Of a stretch of 64,000 bases of DNA, positions 1-12,688 are shown piece after piece (the stretch's first letter is position 1; every line of letters starts with the position of its first letter). A program made the translations under genes and the position numbers. The notes beneath the pieces are model-generated. The model had not been told where the DNA came from. It made no database searches and saw only the letters and a list, made by a program, of their open reading frames with translations. Origin of the DNA: Podarcis tiliguerta (lineage: Eukaryota); assembly GCA_965153285.1 (NCBI GenBank), contig OZ229111.1; one strand, written 5' to 3'.

Positions 1-1250
1 AATGACTTTTTAAGCATTCCACAATATTTTGTATGTGAATAGGAACCTTGGTTTTTAGAGCAAACCAATCCTGAGTAGAAGGCATATATAGGACACTGAA
101 AAGTATTCCTGCTTAAGAGGCAAGAAAGGATAGCAAACAGCTCATGACCTGAACAGAAGAAATCCTTGAACCTGTTACTGTCATGCAAGCTGCAGTTTGT
201 GGAGTATGACGGATATTCTTGCAGAATGTGAAACATGTTGAGCTGAAAGACCTTGGGGATATGATTAGAAAATATCTGTGGAGCTTCCAGCACTAAACTA
301 AGTATCACATTGGTTGATGATAAAGAAACTTTTCATGGGCCTCTACAAGGAGCTGGCAGAAAAACTTGTATTAGCAGGAGTTTATTTAGGACTCCACAGA
401 TATTTCATGTTTGATTGGCATGGAACAATATTTCACCGTTTTTAGGAACATGGGCTATTCCCTGACACTTAATAATCTTCTGAGTGAGTGGGTGGGAAGA
501 TGATGCAAATTAGCTGTAAAATTACTGCTTTTAGCAAGTTAACAAAAGAGCATGCATACACTCGTGAAGCTATAATTATTTGCAAAGTACACAGCAAAAT
601 TGAGATTTTTTTCCACATGACTTCAGGCTTTTACTTGTAGAATATTTGCCTGCGGAAGGGGATATTTAAGCATCAGAGAATAATCTGGCTCCACAAGGGG
701 CAGAACCTTTGCTCAGCACCCTGCTGCAGTCTGTGATACTAAACCAGTAGGGGCGGGAAAGACATGCTTTTGTTTACTATCGTTCTTCCAGACAGGCACA
801 GTGTAGCGGTAGAAGCCCCTGTTCTTACTTCTATATTAATTGCTCCACAGCACATACACTGCACATTCATAAATGTAGGCCAGTTGAAAGGTAATGCCAA
901 AGAATAGCTTAGCATTGAAGTGAACAACCTTTTATAAGTGAAGAGCTGCATTTATTGGAAGAAAAAGTGGCTGAAGACCATGTGAGGGCAGTGGGCAGGG
1001 CCAAAGCCCAAAGTGTGCAGACACACCTCTGTTTTTCTCCCTCTCAACCCAACAAAAATCCATTCCTTCTCTTTTCACACATGGAAATCCCCAGCCATCT
1101 ATTTACACATGTACAGAAGCATGCACCATACTCATACATTCACTTTCTCTTCCACAGTTCTCTCACACACAGATTAAATTTGCAGTCCCCTTTTCCCACA
1201 CTACCTTCTTTTCTTGTGGCTCCTGCTGTTCAGTTTCAAAAGTAAGTCTA

Positions 1251-1277
1251 TACACACACACACACACACACACACAC
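1251..1277. repeat. (CA)n microsatellite
   Basis: Direct reading. Confidence 0.95.
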
Positions 1278-1331
1278 CCTCTTACTGTTGTCTCATTCGC
1301 CTCACCAAGGACTCACTTTGTCCTTCTTGTC

Positions 1332-1467
1332 CAGGCATAGGCAAACTCTGCCCTCCAGATGTTTTGGGACTACAATTCCCATCATCCCTGACCACTGGTC
1401 CTGTTAGCTAGGGATGATGGGAGTTGTAGTTCCAAAACATCTGGAGGGCCGAGTCTGCCTATGCCTG
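1332..1467. mobile_element. hAT-type MITE, near-palindromic
   Basis: TIRs caggcataggca...tgcctatgcctg; 8-bp TSD ttcttgtc/ttcttatc. Confidence 0.9.
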
Positions 1468-4042
1468 TTCTTATCACTTACTTTCATTCCTTTCTCATTG
1501 ATCTTCAGTGCCTCCCAACATAACCTGCTCCTTCCCTTCCTAATCATTCTCCTTGTCTAGCTGTGTTGAGGAGAATGAGATTGAGACAGGCAGGCATGCA
1601 TGTGAGCTGAGGGTCTCGGAACATATATCCCACTGGCTAGAGCCTCTTATTTAAAGAAACTTGTAACTCCCACACTCTGTACTTGGGCCTCTGAGCTCAT
1701 GTGTGGGGCTGATTGCCAACTTCATGGATTGTTGCAGTTCAGGGTTTTTTATATATATATAGAAAAACCTCTAAGCAGTGAACATAATATGATAATTATC
1801 AATAAAACACAGATAAAATTAAAACAAATATACCCAAATAAATTATACATCTAGGTAGGCTTGTGGAAATAAAGAAGTTTTCAGAAGACATCTGTATTAT
1901 TATACAGTGAGGATGTCAGTAGGATGGGGGAAGCCATGAGGAAGGGGAGGAACCAATAGCCCCAGGAACCATGTACAGTGTTTATTTATTTACATAATTA
2001 ATATACCACTTAACATTTTAAGGGAAAAAATACATGCACAATTTATGCACTCTACCTTTTCTCCTCTTGCATACGAGAAGAGGTGATTGAAAACTTTCTC
2101 TTTTGATGTTAAATTAACCGTTATGTTATGTTCAGACTCTAAGAACTCTGGTTAGTTCAGACAAACCCAGGGTATAATTGTCGTTTATGATACCAGCTTG
2201 CTCACTAACTAGCATTTGCACAGGTTTTTCTCAAGTATGACATAACAAGGGATTGTGATTAGCAGATGTTTCTGAACTGGCACTTGATGAATGTTGGAAG
2301 TATCCTGGCTCATGAATTTGTAACACTATATCACGGTTTAGCTTATGTCCACACTGGCCCACTGTGTTTACCCTGCATTAAACCCCAAAGACACTAGCTA
2401 TACACAGAAAAATACATTTTTTGGGGGAAGAGCAGAATACCCCTAGAACAGGTCAGTGGAAGATGGCCTCCTAGATAGACTTAGACAGATGAGATTACTT
2501 CCCAAGCCTCCTCCACCTAAAGCTTCAGCTGTAAGGTTTTCTTCTTGATATTTTGGATTATTTCACATATAATGTGTCCAATCTTCCAAACCATGGTTTG
2601 GATTATTGGGAATAAGCTTTGTGCAAGCCCCTTCCTCTTTAGTATGGCATTTCCTCCTTCCCATCTTTTAGGCAAATTGTTGTTTGCCATTTCATCCAAA
2701 TCGACAAACTATGGTTTGTGGCTGACCTTGAAACAAGAACCAGGAACCAACTTTAAGTTGTGATTTCCAGTAATAGTTTGGAGAATATGCACAAACCAGC
2801 TTGACAGCACTTAGGTCATGACTTTCCTGGTTCAAAACTTAATTGACTCTGAGCATGCAAGGGAGGGAGGAGATAATCTTATTTCTTGAGGGATTAGAAG
2901 TGTTACGTATGAACTCACCAATTTATGGGATGTTCTTGCTCCCAATTCTTTGAAGAATTTTTTAACTGGAAATTGGTTGGGTTGGGTGGGTTACAATTTG
3001 GTTTTTGTTTATGCTATGACAAAGCTGAAGAATTAGACACAAAATTCAGCCCACTTATTCAAGTCCTACTCATGCCAGTGAAACCTATATGCATATAAAC
3101 TGGAATATGCTTGGGGCTGCAGTTGACAATACAGAATTCTTTGAAAATTCCGATTCGCTCTAAAACATGGCATTCAGACTAGGACACTGTCAACATAGCA
3201 GCCCCCTTGTCATCTTCCTCATCCCTCAAATTGGTAACTGATTTAAAAATAAATTGTTATACACCTGCATTCAATAGCAGATGTTTGTTTACATACTGAT
3301 TACTATGCTAATGTTTAAAAATAGTTTAATGTCTGTCATGTACCAAACTGTAGATGACACAGAAGATTAATGGAACAAGTTTTCTCAACAGCTGATTTGC
3401 AATTTAGAACACTACCTAAAATTGGAATTGTTGATTATGTATATTACCAAAGTATCAGTGAAGAAAGCATTCTGAAACTCCTGTAATTTTTAACTTTCTT
3501 CATAAGTCTGTTTCCACTTTGGCTTATGGCAGTGTTCCAAAAATGCAATCAGGGTTTTCAGAAGAATTGAATGTCCTTTTGTCCTCCAACGCCTCCCCTT
3601 TTGTTTTATTTTGTAATTGAGAGAAAAGAGAGGAAATGAAGTGGGCATGGAAGTAATGATCAGACAGAAGTCTGTCTTGTGCGGGTGTTCTTGCCATTCC
3701 TCTTGAGGCAAGTGATCGGTTGCCCTGTAACATTCCTATTTTTAAAATGTTACAACAAGCATCCCTTTTTGTGCCTGCCATTTTTCATACTACAGAATAC
3801 TGTTCAGTTATAGATTTACAAAATGCAAAGCAAAAAGTAAAGACAAACAGTATCTAAATTCTGTTTCTCTTTTTCTTCTCCCTTCCACCCCATACTTTTC
3901 ATTATATATTCCTCATGCCTTTTTAAACAATATTTTGAACTTTTATTCATCCATGTTCCACTTATATTTCCATGGGAAACTGTTCTGTGCACTGTCTGTA
4001 CCTGGACACTGCACACAGCTCACCCTTTCTTTTTTCAATCAG

Positions 4043-4192
4043 GATGGCGGCCTAGTGGAAGAGCCCACTACTTCACCATTTTTGCCTTCACCAAGCCTGA
4101 AGCTCCCCCTTTCAAACAGTGCACTCCCTAATCAGACCCTGGGTGGGATTGCCTCAGGGCTGGGCATGCAAAACTTGAATTCTTCTAGACAG
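4043..4192 (+). CDS. TNRC6C: TNRC6C internal coding exon (DGGLVEEPT...NLNSSRQ), phase 0-0
   Basis: ttttttcaatcag acceptor and CAG|gtaagg donor; 150 nt; translation closely matches mammalian TNRC6C just downstream of the UBA-like region. Confidence 0.95.
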
Positions 4193-4851
4193 GTAAGGTA
4201 TCTTAAGAGTGACAGTTATTTGAATGTCGGTACGCTTGCGCTTGCTAGTCAGCAAGATATTTGTTTGGCTTTGCTTTTCATTTTAAGGCTCCTTTTTCTC
4301 AAACGTAAAGAAGTGAATGAAAAGTCAAAAATCAACTTGTCATTGAGGCGTATTTCAAATGACAGTTTTGTTACTGCACGCCAAGATTCCCAAAGGTCCT
4401 TAGCTATAGAACTTGCCCTTGCTTCCCTGCAGTTCCTCCCGTCTTTGTTGTTGGTTCCTTTTCTCCTCTGGTGCATCCCGCAGCGTCCCTGCACACTGGC
4501 ACTCCTTCCCATCCTCACACAGACCATACTTCTTGCCGCTCATAGCTCTTGCCGCTCTTGCTTACTTCCTCTTCGCCTTCTCAGCTCATACACGTTGAAA
4601 GGTTTCCCTATACTGGGGCCTTTATATCACTCTTCTCCCCCACCCTCAAGCTTTCTTGGTTGCAGTATGTGCTTGTTAGGTGGAACAGGACCAGTATTCA
4701 TTTTTAACTGTCCAATCCACACATTTGGTGCCGCTTCCAAGTCTAGATGATAGAGCACTTGACTAGAGAAACCAAATATTTGCCCTTTTGCCATTGCTTA
4801 CACTATAATGTCAACGCTGTGCTCTAAAACCTATGGACCAAATTATTTATA

Positions 4852-5087
4852 CAGTGGTACCTCTAGTTACGAACTTAATTCATTCCGGAGGTCCGCTCTT
4901 AAGCTGAAACCATTCTTATCCTGAGGCGCGCTTTCACTAATGGGGCCTCCCGCTGTGTGCTCTGGCACACAATTTCACTTTACATCCTGCAGCAAGGTTC
5001 GCAACCAGGAGCAGCTACTTCTGGGTTAGCAGAGTTCGTAACCCGAAGCATCCATAACCAGAAGCATCGTAACCAGAGGTACCACTG
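4852..5087. mobile_element. Tc1/mariner (Tigger-like) MITE
   Basis: TA|cagtggtacctc ... gaggtaccactg|TA. Confidence 0.9.
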
Positions 5088-6258
5088 TATTTGAGCTGGC
5101 TAGGTATTGTTAAATGCCAGCATCCTGTTCCTACAGTGGCCAAGCCCACAAGCAAAACAGAAGTTCCTTAGCACTCTCCTACTTGTGTTCCCCTGTAACT
5201 GGTATTCAGAGGCATATTGGAGGTTGGAGATAATGTACAGTATAGCTGTTGATAGTCTTATGATCCATGAATTTGTCTATTCACCCTCTAAGCTATCCAG
5301 GGTGGCATCAATCACTGTGTAAATAAGTTTGTCTGTCTTGAATCTCCTACCATTCAGCTTCAATGGATTATCCCAGGTTCTAATACTGTGAGACTATCCA
5401 GTTTCTCGACACCATACATAATTTGTTTCACATGCCCCAGTTGCCTTTTGCATGAGCTAAAAAGCCCCCCAAATTGGAACTATGTGTCATAGTTGATAAT
5501 CAGGAAACTACATGGTACAAGTGGTTTTTGTTTCTGTTTTTAAAGCGAAGGTGATAAAAGGATAAGCTGGAATGTTGACCCAAACTTATTAGAATAATAG
5601 TAATTCATTTTTACTTTGGCCACATTTGGACATCACACTTAACTATAGTTTAGCATAATATGAAGAAGCTGCCTCCCTTCTGCTCAGGCACGACCATTAG
5701 GAAGGGCAAACAATGGTCAAGCAGGATGCCCAAAGCATTCCAGTACCCAAATCTATATTTTTATGACATACATTCCACATGTGCAATGTATTTTTAATTT
5801 TTTTTTACTGAAACTAGAGGGGAAAGCTTTACACTATATGTCCAGGGGAGAAAAGTCATTTCCTAGATAAAGTTAATTCACATACATGTAGATCATGATT
5901 GACTCATTTTGAAAGCGAAATTTAAGCCTGCTTTAGACATGCAACTACCTTTAAGGGTGGCTATTTGTATCTGCATCCAGTTGCTTGCATTGCATTTGAT
6001 AAGCAATTTCTATAGCAGATCCCCATGCTGTTGCAGCACTTTCAGTGGCATTATTACTAGCCTTCTTCTAGGGGCATTTGCCAAGGTTTGACTGAATTAG
6101 GTGCAGTTTTGTCCACACCATCATCTTTCCAAAGGAAGCTGCTTCCACAAAGTGAACATGGTTGGCTGCGTGAGTAATTTAAGTCAACTGATGTATTTGT
6201 GCCAAACTCCTACCGATGGTACATGCCTACTGATGTTTCAGTTTGCTATACTTTAAAC

Positions 6259-6394
6259 CAGTGATGGCCATACTTGGCCCTCCAGCTGTTTTGGGACTAC
6301 AACTCCCATCACCCCTAGCTAACAGGACCAGTGGTAAGGGATGATGGGAATTGTAGTCCCAAAACAGCTGGCGGGCGAAGTTTGACCATCATTG
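6259..6394. mobile_element. hAT-type MITE, same core as 1332-1467 in the opposite orientation
   Basis: TIRs cagtgatgg...ccatcattg; perfect 8-bp TSD ctttaaac. Confidence 0.9.
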
Positions 6395-6520
6395 CTTTAA
6401 ACCCTGCTGCTAATCTGCATGAGAGCTCCTTTGTTTGCTAATGTCTTGAGCTAGCCTACAGTGACTGTCACAAGCTATAAAATTGTGAAACTTAAATCTT
6501 CTAACCTTGTCATCCCACAG

Positions 6521-6667
6521 ATACCGAGTGGCAATCTGGGTATGTTTGGCAATAGCGGAGCAGCACAAGCCAGGACCATGCAACAGCCGCAGCAACCGCC
6601 AGTGCAACCTCTTAACTCATCCCAGCCTAGTCTTCGTGCTCAAGTGCCTCAGTTTCTCTCCCCTCAG
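6521..6667 (+). CDS. TNRC6C: TNRC6C internal exon ([13 protein letters not shown]...VPQFLSPQ), phase 0-0
   Basis: catcccacag acceptor, CAG|gttaga donor; 147 nt; in frame with the previous exon; TNRC6C sequence. Confidence 0.95.
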
Positions 6668-7120
6668 GTTAGATTGAGCTCTGTAGCATTAGTGATAGCC
6701 AGGGATGCAAACCCAGGTGTCATTAACCACTGGCAGTTGGAAAACAAGGGCCTAGCGGTTAGCACTTGGGTTGTCGGTGAGGTCAGGAGGCAGGTTTCTC
6801 CTCCTCACCGGCTCCTCAGTTTTGCAAAAATGGTTGTATCCCTGGCGATGGCCATTTCTGTGCCATAACTAATGCATATTGAGTGGAACACTTAAATGGA
6901 AGAAAAAATAATATATTCTTAAAGTTATCTGCACCTAGAGATGGCTGATAGTGCCAATTGGAATAATGCAACATAAAATATTGACACAACCACACTTACA
7001 CAATACACTTCTATGAAAGGTACCATGTGTAGAGAAATGCCACAGAGTTTTTAAGTTGCCATGCCAGTTTATTTGAATTACAAAAAATAGCATGTTGTGG
7101 GAAAGTTATTAGTGACTCAG

Positions 7121-7332
7121 GTTGTACCCTACTAAATCATTGCATGTGTGGAATGACTTTTGTGAACAGGGTGGAACTTCCTCTCCCTTTCCTGCCCCTG
7201 CACACACCCCAAATCTGCCTTGGGGGTTCCCTCAACCCTCTGGAGCAGTTCTGGGGGGGAGAAGAGGGAGAGGAATTTGTGTGGCACTTGCAGAAGTTGT
7301 TAGACACATACAATGAGTTGGTTGGATACAAC
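7121..7332. mobile_element. Old non-autonomous DNA element with ~45-bp degenerate TIRs
   Basis: gttgtaccctactaaatcattgcatgtgt vs reverse complement gttgtatccaaccaactcattgtatgtgt; explains the look-alike ORFs 7122+ and 7331-. Confidence 0.7.
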
Positions 7333-7569
7333 TCTCAAGTATTTATATTTTATGTGTCAGATTTAGAAAGGATGAACAGTTCTGGAATGAAGGTTTATTT
7401 TGCTGTGATATGTTGTGTTTGCTTTCAACTTCTACACATAGCTTTCTATTAAACAAAAATCACAGCAAGTACCTAAAAACCACTTTCTTTGGAATTGTCT
7501 TGTTTCAACTCTGCAAGGAGTTCAGACCTGTAACTAACACAGCTGTAGTAATGAATATTCACCTCTTAC

Positions 7570-7717
7570 NNNNNNNNNNNNNNNNNNNNNNNNNNNNNNN
7601 NNNNNNNNNNNNNNNNNNNNNNNNNNNNNNNNNNNNNNNNNNNNNNNNNNNNNNNNNNNNNNNNNNNNNNNNNNNNNNNNNNNNNNNNNNNNNNNNNNNN
7701 NNNNNNNNNNNNNNNNN
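7570..7717. other. Assembly gap (148 N), probably hiding a ~120-nt TNRC6C exon
   Basis: Run of N. The mammalian segment VQAQLLQFAAKNIGLNPALLTSPINPQHMTMLNQLYQLQL, expected between FLSPQ and AYQRLQ, was not found elsewhere in 6668-9602. Confidence 0.75.
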
Positions 7718-8439
7718 CACAGTGAGAAAGCTATAAATCCAGAAAGAAAATCTTGCATTTAAAGCCACATGAATGGGCATGTTCACTTCAGAAATGATGA
7801 TTAGACTTGGTTCTGAAAGTGAATTTATATACCTACTTGAATCTTAAAAGTTGCTTGATACTTCTAGTATGATAAAGACTAAATTCTTTGCTCATTACCA
7901 TTGGATTGTTCTAAACTTAACTTCTGAAACACATGTATAGGACTGTAACCTCAAAAACAACCTCTGGTACCACTAGTATTACTCAGAATTCTACAATATT
8001 TCTGATAGATTCCTGTGTTGTTGTTTTTGTATTGTATGCTAATCTAATAAAATTGATATTCTGCAATACTTCTTCACCAGTAGATGCAATGGAGCATTAT
8101 TTCCATTCATTTGTGCAATCAGTCATGTCCTTAATATGCATGTATTTTATTGCAAACCTTTCAAAGTTATTGCAAACCAAATCTTTCTAGGACCCAGTCT
8201 TCCAGATATTAAGATACCAGTGTAGAATTCAATGTACCCAATGGCAACAACTAATCTTAGGTTTTGAGAAAACTGCCCCATGTTATAAATATAGAACTTC
8301 TTTTTAATTCAGTTTTGTGAGCATACAGGAGTATGTACAGACATAACAACAGTGGTATAAATACCTTAAATAAGCTGAAGCGCCAGCCAGAGACCAGGTG
8401 TGAATGTATGGTTTGAACCATGGTACAGTGAGCATGGTA

Positions 8440-8667
8440 CAGTGAACCTCTGATTGTGAACAGGATCCGTTCCGGAGGCCCGTTTGCAACATGAAAAGTG
8501 TGCAACCCACAGCGGCACGTCTGCGCACGCGCAGGTTGCAATTCGCCACTTCTGCGCATGCACGAGCTGTGAAACCCGGAAATAACCCTTTCTGGTACTT
8601 CCGGGTTGCCGCGGGACATAACCTGAAAGAATGTAACATGAAGCAGACATAACATGAGGGATGACTG
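8440..8667. mobile_element. Tc1/mariner (Tigger-like) MITE, divergent subfamily
   Basis: TA|cagtgaacctc ... gagggatgactg|TA; CpG-rich interior; short duplication catggtacagtga at the left end. Confidence 0.8.
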
Positions 8668-9602
8668 TATAGAGGGTTTCAGGTAGGCAACAGATGAATT
8701 CCACTGGTATCATCTCAATGTATGTGTGCTCCAGGGCTTAGTTTGACAAGCTAAAGGTTCTCTAATCTTTTTGGGCAAGTAGACACACTTGGAATTTTGA
8801 GAAAGTGCTAGGGATGTCAGTCACAAAATGGCTGCCAGGAGGACAGGCCCTAACACAAAATGGCTGCTGTGGAGATGTAGCATAATACCAAATAACTGCG
8901 GGAGTGGGGGCATGACATACCTTGCTACAGAGGAAAAAGAGACAGCAACACAAAATGGTGTGGCATGCCCCTGACCCCGTGGCCACCCCATCAAAGGGGG
9001 GAAAGTATATACATCAGCCACCACTACACTTGCTCACAGAGAGCAACTTGGCACCCAGTGAGATGTGGGCATGTTTAAGGGGGCATGCTCAGTGTAGGAG
9101 AGGTGGAGTCGTGCAGACAGAATTGAACAAGAAAGGCAAAAAGTCTGAGGGGTTTTTAAAGGGGATATTTATTAAGACCTTTAACAAGCACCTTGTGGGC
9201 AACCTCTGCACCACAGTGTTCCTGTTAACTTGAGTTCTAAACCAGGATTAAGAGAGCAGAATTAGCACAAACCCTGATTAAATGTTTTGTCTACCCTGGG
9301 CCTTTGTGATTAGTTCTCTCACATGCTACCAACACTCTATTTGCATCTCCGTGTTTACATTTTCTTGAACAATCATTCAGTTGATGATGCCTTTTCCTCA
9401 TCATGTTTTAAATAGCTTTAATTGGCCATGTATTGTTTGCACTCTTGGTCTGAGCTGAATTCTGTCTCTGGGTCTGTTACTTCCTGCAAGGAGGTCTTTG
9501 GGAGCATGCATTTGTTTCATATGTTATTTAATGCAGTTGCAGTGAGGCCATTGGGCTTCTTCACACTGTGACCTTAGACTTCTTTTTTTCCTCAACTTGC
9601 AG

Positions 9603-9686
9603 GCGTACCAACGTTTACAAATCCAGCAGCAGATGTTACAGGCTCAGCGTAATGTTTCCGGACCCATCAGACAACAGGAGCAGCAA
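9603..9686 (+). CDS. TNRC6C: TNRC6C Q-rich exon (AYQRLQIQQQMLQAQRNVSGPIRQQEQQ), phase 0-0
   Basis: Pyrimidine tract plus ttgcag acceptor, CAA|gtaggt donor; 84 nt; translated by hand because it is too short for the ORF track. Confidence 0.95.
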
Positions 9687-9970
9687 GTAGGTGCAACTTG
9701 TTGACCCAGTTCCAAATGTAAAGCCTCTAAAGAATCTAGCATGTTACAAGAAAAAGCTTATTTGTGAAGGAAATCTATGTGCTGCACGCTTTTATGCAGA
9801 CATAAATCACAAGAGGGTTACAGACTTCAGTTTCTCTTACCATGTCTGGGATGCATCTAATTCTTGATCTAGTGAATTCATTGTCTGCTGAGTGGTTCTA
9901 GATAAAGTGCCACAAACATTTGTTCCATCTAGCATTTGCTTACTTTGTTTTATTTTTTCCTTGCTGCCAG

Positions 9971-10202
9971 GTTGCACGTACAATCAATAACATGCAGCAG
10001 CAGATCCAGCAGCACCAGCGCCAGCTGGCCCAGGCCCTGCTTATGAAGCAGCAGCCACCCCCTCCACATCTATCTTTGCACCCCCCTGCAGGCAAATCAG
10101 CCATGGATAACTTTTCACCCCATCCCCAGGCTCCTGGCCTATCTGACCTGCAGACCAAAGAGCAACAGTCTTCACCGAACACCTTTGCTCCTTACCCCCT
10201 TG
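9971..10202 (+). CDS. TNRC6C: TNRC6C Q-rich exon (VARTINNMQQQIQQHQRQ...TFAPYPL), phase 0-1
   Basis: ctgccag acceptor, TTG|gtatgt donor; 232 nt; lies in ORF 9920..10270. Confidence 0.95.
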
Positions 10203-10840
10203 GTATGTGCAGTTATTTAAGGACCTGTTCAGAAGGATGTAAATTACATAATTATGTATACATACAGTGATTTAACTTGCTTCAGTCTGGAATCTTTTCT
10301 CCTGCATACCCCTGCTTCTTAACTAATTTGGCAACTGTGTCCAAATTACTTATTATCTTTATTAATATGCTACCCAAAAACAAAGTTCTCTGGCAGCTAA
10401 TAATAATAATACCATTAAAACTGAACCATAACAACATCAAAAAATGGCACAGTGTTAAAAACTTCAGAAGCAGAGAATAAAATCAGTATAACAAAACTCA
10501 GGCAGCACTTATATTCTTTTTATCTTGTATAATATTAGAATCCAGGATCCCTGAATGAGTCTGAATGGTAGAAGGTTTAGGACTGACAGAACTTAAGTCT
10601 TAAATTAACTTACAGAAAATGTAGTGGTAGGTACCAGTTTAGGTGGTTGTAAGATACTTGGTGATTGTAATAGACTGTCCCTCCCAATTTACTTCTTGGG
10701 CCCTTGCTGCTTTAACCCGTGTTTGCATTACTTGTAGACGTAAAAAGATTAGCTTGTGACTTCAGCTTAAAGTAAAGTGTGATTAAATGCCAAGAATCGG
10801 GGATTAAGGGTTTCTTAATAGCCTGCCTACTTCCTCTTAG

Positions 10841-11008
10841 CTGGACTGAACCCAAACATGAATGTAAACAGCATGGACATTCCTGGTGGTTTGTCAGTGA
10901 AGGACACTTCTCAGTCCCAATCTCGCCTTCCTCAGTGGACACATCCCAACTCAATGGATAATCTCTCCAGTGCTGCTTCTCCACTTGACCAGAATCCTAG
11001 CAAGCACG
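10841..11008 (+). CDS. TNRC6C: TNRC6C exon (AGLNPNMNVNS...QSQSRLPQWTHPNS...PSKH), contains CIM-1 (QSRLxxW), phase 1-1
   Basis: cttcctcttag acceptor, ACG|gtatgt donor; 168 nt. Confidence 0.95.
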
Positions 11009-11068
11009 GTATGTGTCATCATTCTAAATACATCAAGTCCAACTGCAAGATTCCATGTTTTTCCGATA

Positions 11069-11294
11069 CAGTGGTACCTCGGGTTAAGTACTTAATTCGT
11101 TCCGGAGGTCTGTTCTTAACCTGAAACTGTTCTTAACCTAAAGCACCACTTTAGCTAATGGAGCCTCCTGCTTCCGCCGCACCGCCGGAGCACGATTTCT
11201 GTTCTCATCCTGAAGCAAAGTTCTTAACCCGAGGTACTATTTCTGGGTTAGCGGAGTCTGTAACCTGAAGCGTATGTAACCCGAGGTACCACTG
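11069..11294. mobile_element. Tc1/mariner (Tigger-like) MITE, young-looking copy
   Basis: TA|cagtggtacctcgggtta ... taacccgaggtaccactg|TA; perfect 18-bp TIR; homologous to 4852-5087. Confidence 0.92.
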
Positions 11295-12496
11295 TATTCT
11301 CTCCCCCGACCCCAGGTTAGCAATGGGCATTGCAAAGTACTTAACAGAATATAAATTTCTCAATGGAACATTTGTATGTGCAAATATCTTATTCTTGTAA
11401 TTCCCCCACCCCCACCCCCACCCCCCCCACATATTACTGCTCATACTGATTTCATTGCTCATATTATTGGTCATAATAAATGTTAATGGCCTAAAAAAAC
11501 AAGAAGGGAAAATCAGTTTGAAAAGTCCAGAACATCAAGCATTTCGACTTTTGAGTGGCTTAGGCTAGTCTTATATCCATTTACTGGGAAGTATGCCCCA
11601 CTGAACTCAATCAGATTTAATCTCCAAACAGGTAAGCATAGAATGCACAGTTAGAAAATTAAATTACACATGTGTTATATTTTTCTCATGAATCCTTAAA
11701 TCTTAAATTTTATGAGCTGTTAAGAGAAGTTGGCAGGGGCAGAGGTTCACTTAGGTGAGCAGTTTTCAAAAAAACATACCCCAAAGAGAGTGCAAAATAC
11801 CTATCAACTTTGTTTGGAATTCATCACATTAATGTAAATTGAATGCAGACTACAACAAATGTATGCAGAGCAGAAGTGAAAATTCAGTATTGCCCTTACT
11901 GTCATTATACATTTTAGCCCAATAATGAGAGAAACCTATTTTAGCTCCCTGCTCTTGTTTCAAACTCCCATTTTCTAAACTCATAGCTAATACTGTGCTC
12001 TTTAAAAACATTTACATTTTGTGAGTATATTGATAAGATTTTTAAGGATCTTAATTTACTGATCCATATAGCAAAGTGCTTTTGCTGACACTCAGCAAAA
12101 TGCCATGTTGTGTATCTTACATTTTTTATTAGAGTCCTTTTGTTTTAACTTTGCTTGACAGTTTTATCAGTAGCAAATCAGTCCCATGCAGGTTTGTTCT
12201 GAAACAGGTCCCACTGTGTGTTCAGTAAGATTTACACCCAGTAGCAGCTTTAATCTCACGAATCTTTGATAGATAACTTTTGAACTGTGTTAGCTACCTT
12301 TCAGCCCCAGTTTAACCTGCTATCTTTCACTTAACTGGCCAGTGTTACAGATGTGTTGTATGAATGATACTTTGCTTTGCTAATTTCTGTTGAAACAAAG
12401 AAAGAAAAATTATAGTGACTACCAATAAGAGAAGGAGCCAAATGTTAACCATGCTCTTAATAATCTTGTGCTGTCTTCCCACCTTCTTTGTTCTAG

Positions 12497-12688
12497 GTGC
12501 TATCCCTGGAGGTCTGAGTATTGGTCCTCCAGGAAAGTCCTCCATTGATGACTCTTATGGCCGGTATGATCTGATTCAAAACAACGAGTCACCAGCTAGT
12601 CCTCCTGTAGCCGTTCCTCACAGCTGGTCACGTGCCAAATCTGATAGTGATAAAATCTCCAATGGCTCCAGTATCAACTGGCCACCAG
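12497..12688 (+). CDS. TNRC6C: TNRC6C exon (GAIPGGLSIGPPGK...SNGSSINWPP), N-terminal part of the PAM2 motif, phase 1-1
   Basis: ctttgttctag acceptor, CAG|gtaaca donor; 192 nt. Confidence 0.95.

Noticed and set aside
4193-4750. Hydrophobic continuation of the 271-aa ORF 3935..4750
   Set aside because: Read-through past a strong gtaagg donor into pyrimidine-rich intron; no TNRC6 similarity
7122-7331. Two opposite-strand ORFs with similar N-termini
   Set aside because: Artefact of the element's terminal inverted repeats
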